From the IMG/VR virus record IMGVR_UViG_2778261535_000001, positions 1 through 7,239 of that record: a stretch of 7,239 nucleotides of DNA. The stretch is one strand, 5' to 3'. How positions within the stretch are numbered: the stretch's first letter is position 1; the number at the start of each line of letters is the position of its first letter. A model generated the notes under the pieces. The model was not told the DNA's origin and did not search any database. It was given only the letters and a program-made list of their open reading frames with translations. Of the stretch, positions 1-3,354 are shown piece after piece. The stretch is from a virus (Duplodnaviria; Heunggongvirae; Uroviricota; Caudoviricetes). A program made the translations under genes and the position numbers.

Positions 1-828
1 ATTAACGTCCCATGCAGGTCGCTTGCTTGTAACTAGTTCGCCATTAACAGGAATGACTTTTCCTTCGACCAACCATTTCCCGTTAATATAGGTATTCCTG
101 AAAAACGTTCTGGAGGTAAAATAAGTTTTACCCTGCATATCAATAATTCTAGATGAAATAGCAGCCTCAAGTGATTCAAAAGCTAAAGAATCATTTGTAA
201 CACCATCACCTACAGCACCAAAATCTTTAGGGCTAACTGTGTCACGCATCTTATCCTGGAACGTTCTGTATACTGCTCCAGAACCATACTGAATAAACCA
301 ACCAAAACCACCAACAACTCCAGCGATTGCAGCATCGACATAATTACGCATTGAGCGATTATTTACAGCATCCTGCTCAAGTGATGGATCTGCAAGGTTA
401 GAAATTTTGTTTTGCTTTGCATCGTAATATTTTGCAAGCAAAGATGGTTTCATCAATGCGCGTCTGAACCACCCAAAACATTGCTGGATCAGCATCGTCA
501 GGTAGTCAAAGGCATCTTCATGCACTTCGGGGAAAAACTTTCCCTGATTGCGGAGGTCTGTCTCCTGCACTACATCAAGCACACGATCTATCGTAATTAG
601 CCAGCCAACAGCAAGCGGCGACGGAAGAACCACAGAACCGCCACTATAAGTGCCCGCCCCTGTTACCGTATAACCGGTATCCAGAACCAATTCTGTTACG
701 TTCCCGTTCAAGTCAGACACCTGAACAACCAGGTCGGATTTTTTGAAAATACGGAAGGTATACGGAAATGATGTCGTAACGCCGTTACCGGTGTATTCGT
801 TGTGGTCAACTTCGGTTGAGACCGTCAT
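1..828 (-). CDS. Tailspike / tail fibre protein, N-terminal 276 codons (gene continues beyond window start)
   Basis: Not in the ORF track because no stop lies in the window; hand translation of the minus strand from ATG 828..826 is open for 276 codons down to position 1. RBS GGAGA sits 6-7 nt upstream (plus 836..840). N-terminus MTVSTEVDHNEYTGNGVTTSFPYTFRIFKKSDLVVQV fits the pattern of the T7 gp17-type particle-binding domain (Y-x2-[DN]G-x4-F-x3-F ... VV). A DAVNNRSMRNYVD motif follows, then SPKDFGAVGDGVTNDSLAFESLEAAI, typical of the first rung of a pectate-lyase-like beta-helix receptor-binding or depolymerase domain. Confidence 0.75.
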   Translation of the reverse strand, partial: MTVSTEVDHNEYTGNGVTTSFPYTFRIFKKSDLVVQVSDLNGNVTELVLDTGYTVTGAGTYSGGSVVLPSPLAVGWLITIDRVLDVVQETDLRNQGKFFPEVHEDAFDYLTMLIQQCFGWFRRALMKPSLLAKYYDAKQNKISNLADPSLEQDAVNNRSMRNYVDAAIAGVVGGFGWFIQYGSGAVYRTFQDKMRDTVSPKDFGAVGDGVTNDSLAFESLEAAISSRIIDMQGKTYFTSRTFFRNTYINGKWLVEGKVIPVNGELVTSKRPAWDVN

Positions 829-931
829 GTTAAATCTCCAGATAGTCGCAGCACCCGTTGCGCCGCATATCTGGTTATTCTATTACCTGAAAAACCACAT
901 ATGGATAGAAAGACTGTAAATACGAATAGAT

Positions 932-948
932 ATTACCTTTCAGGTAAT
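932..948. promoter_or_regulatory. Operator-like 17-bp palindrome, site A (ATTACCTTTCAGGTAAT)
   Basis: Perfect 7-bp inverted arms ATTACCT / AGGTAAT around a 3-bp centre. Lies in the divergent intergenic region between the tailspike start (828) and the small + gene (1024). Near-identical copies at 2051..2067 and 2144..2160; an isolated left half-site ATTACCT at 882..888. Confidence 0.5.
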
Positions 949-985
949 TTGCAAAACGTGCTGGATAGCAAACAAATTATTTGAT

Positions 986-1003
986 ACTGTATAAATATAC
1001 AGT
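986..1003. promoter_or_regulatory. LexA (SOS) box overlapping a candidate promoter
   Basis: ACTGTATAAATATACAGT contains a perfect CTGT-N8-ACAG core (987..1002) with an AT-rich centre, matching the enterobacterial LexA consensus TACTGTATATATATACAGTA. A -35-like TTGATA (981..986) abuts it and a weak -10 TATTGC (1004..1009) follows at 17-nt spacing. The box is about 20 nt upstream of the start codon at 1024. Confidence 0.7.
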
Positions 1004-1023
1004 TATTGCATGGAGAAGATAAG

Positions 1024-1281
1024 ATGCAGCAGTATCACTATCCACTGGAAGACGGATTTACCGAAAGGATTCACACGCCGGGAGGCGTCAGATCACTGGT
1101 GGAGGGATCGCACTTGATGAAATTACTCCGGGATCTCGATAAGGATGGATTTAATGTCGATGGCCCACTTGCCGAACTGACTGCACTGATTAACTACGTC
1201 ACCAGCTCACAGATGTCTATGCAGGATCTGCAAACACATCTCGACTATTGTGCCGAACAACTACGAAAACAAACCACATAA
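1024..1281 (+). CDS. Small antirepressor-like protein (85 aa), stand-alone paralogue of the Ant C-terminal domain
   Basis: ATG at 1024 with RBS GGAG (1012..1015) 8 nt upstream; the ORF track's TTG at 1006 is judged a less likely start. Stop TAA at 1279..1281. Residues ~17-80 (HTPGGVRSLVEGSHLMKLLRDLDKDGFNVDGPLAELTALINYV...DLQTHLDY) align with the C-terminus of the 2429..3139 protein (HSPSGVLGLTESSLLMNLLNQLQEDGHDVSGAAAELTTMFCYI...DIQTHAEY) at roughly 40-45% identity by eye. Confidence 0.65.
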   Translation: MQQYHYPLEDGFTERIHTPGGVRSLVEGSHLMKLLRDLDKDGFNVDGPLAELTALINYVTSSQMSMQDLQTHLDYCAEQLRKQTT

Positions 1282-1303
1282 AGAAAAGGCCGCAAGAGCG
1301 GCC
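1275..1303. terminator. Bidirectional intrinsic terminator between convergent genes
   Basis: Perfect hairpin GGCCGC-AAGA-GCGGCC at 1288..1303. On the minus strand it is followed by TTTTCTTTATG (complement of 1275..1287); on the plus strand by the moderately T-rich TATCGTTTCGCTTTG. It sits between the + stop (1281) and the - stop (1303..1305). Confidence 0.55.
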
Positions 1304-2031
1304 TATCGTTTCGCTTTGTGCTCGTCCCAGCACGTTTTGCACCATGCCATTAAGCCATCCGCATTTTGATTATTAGGGTAAAAACTGGTTCGTTTTCTGC
1401 GGACATTACAAATTGGGCACCACTTCATATGGCGTGTATTCTTTGGGCCATCGAGACACCTTGCACACCACTTAGTCAATCCATCTGGATTTTTTGACGA
1501 TTTCCTGAATTTTTCATATGGAAGGTTTATTCTGCATCGCAAACACTGCTTGCGGGCACTTGAAACTTCGTTAGCTGATTCTTCTTTTGACGGCGATACA
1601 GAAGGTATTCTTGCTGGCTCTGATACTGCCTGAGGTGCTTTTTTAGGTGACTGAGACGATATGTCATCACCAGGGAATCTGTCATGATATGCCGGACGCG
1701 TTGACACTCCAGGTGGAAGCTCTGCTGTAAATGGCTTTGGCTGAATCAGCGCCCTCTCTTTTGCTGACTCCTGCTGTTTATAATATGTCTGGATTACCGA
1801 TATATCATAAGCAGGATGTACAGAAATATCCGGCGCATTACCTCCAGTTTTTTGAAACTGAGTGGAGGTGTGGTCTATCACCTGTGTACGATTAATCGTT
1901 ATTTCTCCATCTTCGGTCTTTATCGTTTTGCGATGATTAACGACTGTGCGATCAGAGACCTTAGTCCTGTTCTGGTTGATAACGTAAATAATCACCGTAA
2001 CAACACCAACAACTATCCAGAAAACTTCCAT
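1303..2031 (-). CDS. Membrane-anchored protein with two tandem C4 zinc ribbons (242 aa), function unknown
   Basis: ATG at 2031 with RBS GAGGAAAA upstream; stop TAG at 1303..1305. One N-terminal hydrophobic helix (FWIVVGVVTVIIYVI) followed by a cluster of basic residues, which by the positive-inside rule puts the C-terminus in the cytoplasm. A long Ser/Pro/Lys/Glu-rich low-complexity linker follows. The basic C-terminal ~80 aa carry two repeats of C-x2-C-x22-C-x2-C, each with DGLxxWCxxC (CLRC...NPDGLTKWCARC and CPIC...NADGLMAWCKTC). The gene looks AT-richer than its neighbours by eye. Confidence 0.7.
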   Translation of the reverse strand: MEVFWIVVGVVTVIIYVINQNRTKVSDRTVVNHRKTIKTEDGEITINRTQVIDHTSTQFQKTGGNAPDISVHPAYDISVIQTYYKQQESAKERALIQPKPFTAELPPGVSTRPAYHDRFPGDDISSQSPKKAPQAVSEPARIPSVSPSKEESANEVSSARKQCLRCRINLPYEKFRKSSKNPDGLTKWCARCLDGPKNTRHMKWCPICNVRRKRTSFYPNNQNADGLMAWCKTCWDEHKAKR

Positions 2032-2050
2032 TGCTTTTCCTCACAATAAC

Positions 2051-2067
2051 ATTACCTTAAAGGTAAT
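2051..2067. promoter_or_regulatory. Operator-like 17-bp palindrome, site B (ATTACCTTAAAGGTAAT)
   Basis: Same ATTACCT / AGGTAAT arms as site A. Lies 20-36 nt upstream of the start codon of the minus-strand zinc-ribbon gene. A degenerate fourth site with only the right arm (CTTTCAGGTGAT) is at about 2074..2085. Confidence 0.5.
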
Positions 2068-2143
2068 ATCTTGCTTTCAGGTGATCAAGCGTTAAACGCA
2101 ATCAACCAAATACGGTTGATTTTAATATTTATCCGCGTTTATC

Positions 2144-2160
2144 ATTACCTTTGAGGTAAA
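2144..2160. promoter_or_regulatory. Operator-like 17-bp palindrome, site C (ATTACCTTTGAGGTAAA)
   Basis: Arms ATTACCT / AGGTAAA (one mismatch). Directly abuts the -35-like TTTACA at 2161..2166 of the candidate plus-strand promoter for the ant leader. Centre-to-centre distance from site B is 93 bp. Confidence 0.5.
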
Positions 2161-2189
2161 TTTACATCGCACTCCTCTTGTGCCATAGT
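2161..2189 (+). promoter_or_regulatory. Candidate sigma70 promoter for the leader/ant transcript
   Basis: TTTACA (2161..2166), 17-nt spacer, CATAGT (2184..2189). Identified by eye only; the -10 is weak. Confidence 0.3.
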
Positions 2190-2193
2190 AATC

Positions 2194-2272
2194 GGGCACT
2201 GGCAAAATCCAGTGCCGGGATTGGCGTCCCGAGTTACTAAGTGGCGCATACCACGCCAGACGTGGTTTTTTT
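2194..2272 (+). ncRNA. Candidate structured leader or small RNA upstream of the antirepressor gene
   Basis: Perfect 8-bp hairpin GGCACTGG-CAAAAT-CCAGTGCC (2195..2216), a second small hairpin GGGA-TTGGCG-TCCC (2217..2230), then an intrinsic terminator. No credible ORF. The region also contains an approximately 19-bp imperfect direct copy (2236..2254) of the ant translation-initiation region (2409..2427). Confidence 0.3.
2250..2272 (+). terminator. Intrinsic terminator/attenuator within the ant leader
   Basis: GC-rich hairpin ACCACG-CCAGA-CGTGGT followed by a run of seven T (2266..2272). It is strand-specific: on the minus strand the U-tract would precede the stem. It lies 156 nt upstream of the ant start codon. 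Confidence 0.5.
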
Positions 2273-2428
2273 ATGCGTTAAGCACAGCTATATCCGAATT
2301 ATGGTGGGCTGGGCAGGGGTCCGAAAGGACGCCGGTACCACTTAGGCCGGTACGCCAACCTTGTCCAGTTCACCACCAGTAATTGGCGTTGCGGTGGTGA
2401 TTAAAATCACTAAGTGGAGATAACCACC

Positions 2429-3139
2429 ATGGCTAATGCTCAAACTGCCATCTTCAAATTTGAATCTGTTAACCCTATCCGTTCCATCATTATCGATGGC
2501 CAACCATGGTTTGTAGCCCAAGACGTTTGTAGTGCGCTGCGTATCCAAAACGTCACCCAAGCACTTGAAAAACTGGATGATGATGAAAGGTCTATGTTCA
2601 ACATAGGGCATGAACATCGTGCAATTTTTGACAGCCGAGTAAAAGAGATCAACATCATCTCCGAGTCAGGCCTCTACACACTGATCCTCCGCTGCCGCGA
2701 TGCAGTAACACCAGGCACTATCCCCTACCGCTTTCGTAAATGGGTTACAGGTGAGGTTCTTCCTCAGATCCGCCGCACCGGAAGTTACATTAAAAACTCG
2801 CTCCCGCAGGAAGAACGCATAAAGATGGTTGCCGACCAGGTAGCCAACGCCACAGCATCAGCAGTGATGCAGGCAATGAAGGTAGAGAACAAAACCTACA
2901 GCGCCCCACTGAAGCCCGGCTACCGCAGCCTGATTCATTCGCCGTCTGGTGTTCTCGGCCTGACGGAGAGCTCACTGCTGATGAATCTGCTGAACCAGTT
3001 ACAGGAAGACGGGCACGACGTATCGGGCGCGGCGGCGGAACTGACCACCATGTTCTGCTACATCGTCGGTGTGAGTAAATGCCTGCGTGATATCCAGACC
3101 CACGCGGAATACATCAACGACAAGGCAGGGTTCTTCTGA
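2429..3139 (+). CDS. BRO-N domain antirepressor (Ant-like), 236 aa
   Basis: ATG at 2429 with RBS GGAG (2416..2419) 9 nt upstream; the ORF track's GTG at 2414 is judged less likely. Stop TGA at 3137..3139. N-terminal half carries the hallmark BRO-N motifs (FKFESVNPIRSIIIDGQPWFVAQDVCSAL, ALEKLDDDE, ISESGLYTLIL, FRKWVTGEVLPQIRRTGSY). The C-terminal ~80 aa are homologous to the 85-aa protein at 1024..1281. Confidence 0.88.
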   Translation: MANAQTAIFKFESVNPIRSIIIDGQPWFVAQDVCSALRIQNVTQALEKLDDDERSMFNIGHEHRAIFDSRVKEINIISESGLYTLILRCRDAVTPGTIPYRFRKWVTGEVLPQIRRTGSYIKNSLPQEERIKMVADQVANATASAVMQAMKVENKTYSAPLKPGYRSLIHSPSGVLGLTESSLLMNLLNQLQEDGHDVSGAAAELTTMFCYIVGVSKCLRDIQTHAEYINDKAGFF

Positions 3140-3156
3140 CGGGCGGCGGTGGCATT

Positions 3157-3185
3157 CGTTAAAAACAAGGCCGCGAAAGCGGCCT
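3157..3185 (-). terminator. Intrinsic terminator for the minus-strand virion-gene transcript (also caps the + ant transcript)
   Basis: Perfect hairpin AGGCCGC-GAAA-GCGGCCT (3168..3185) with a GNRA-type loop. On the minus strand it is followed by TTGTTTTTAAC. Its stem is almost identical to the hairpin at 1288..1303. Confidence 0.55.
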
Positions 3186-3204
3186 GTGACATGTCACGCT
3201 CACG

Positions 3205-3345
3205 TTATGACAAGCCTATGTACCCTGCTACACCAGATAATATCAAAATAACTGCAACAGCAAATTCGCCATCGTCAATGATACATTTACGGTTCATAAC
3301 GCCAAGTGCAACAAGCGCAAACACAACAAGAATAAAAGCAATCAT
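3205..3345 (-). CDS. Small hydrophobic protein, 46 aa, two predicted transmembrane helices (not in ORF track)
   Basis: Minus-strand ATG at 3345 preceded by AAGGAT, which overlaps the TAA stop (3355..3357) of the upstream 824-aa gene; stop TAA at 3205..3207. Hand translation MIAFILVVFALVALGVMNRKCIIDDGEFAVAVILILSGVAGYIGLS shows two hydrophobic segments split by a charged turn (NRKCIIDDGE). The terminator follows immediately. Confidence 0.4.
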   Translation of the reverse strand: MIAFILVVFALVALGVMNRKCIIDDGEFAVAVILILSGVAGYIGLS

Positions 3346-3354
3346 TTCTCATCC

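Noticed and set aside
412-600. 62-aa + strand ORF
   Set aside because: Lies entirely antisense within the open tailspike reading frame; no RBS; shadow ORF.
1006-1023. TTG start (track) and an out-of-frame ATG at 1010 for the small + gene
   Set aside because: ATG at 1024 has a properly spaced GGAG; the ATG at 1010 opens a different frame giving only ~35 aa with no RBS.
1816-2049. 77-aa + strand ORF
   Set aside because: Antisense overlap with the N-terminal region of the zinc-ribbon gene; low-complexity translation; no RBS.
2160-2420. Possible tRNA or small protein-coding gene in the ant leader
   Set aside because: No cloverleaf-compatible arrangement or T-loop GTTCGAATC-type motif; the longest peptides are 13-34 aa without RBSs. 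A regulatory RNA or leader is the better explanation.
2414-2428. GTG start at 2414 for the antirepressor
   Set aside because: It would place the start inside the Shine-Dalgarno sequence; the ATG at 2429 is 9 nt downstream of GGAG.
2342-2658. Minus-strand ORFs of 91 and 72 aa overlapping the ant 5' region
   Set aside because: Antisense to the well-supported BRO-N coding sequence, and they would start inside it; no supporting signals.
2790-2975. 61-aa minus-strand ORF
   Set aside because: Antisense within the ant gene; Cys/Arg-rich nonsense-like composition.
3186-3197. Perfect 12-bp palindrome GTGACATGTCAC next to the terminator
   Set aside because: Single copy with no related site elsewhere in the window; most simply an extension of the terminator structure, so not called as an operator.
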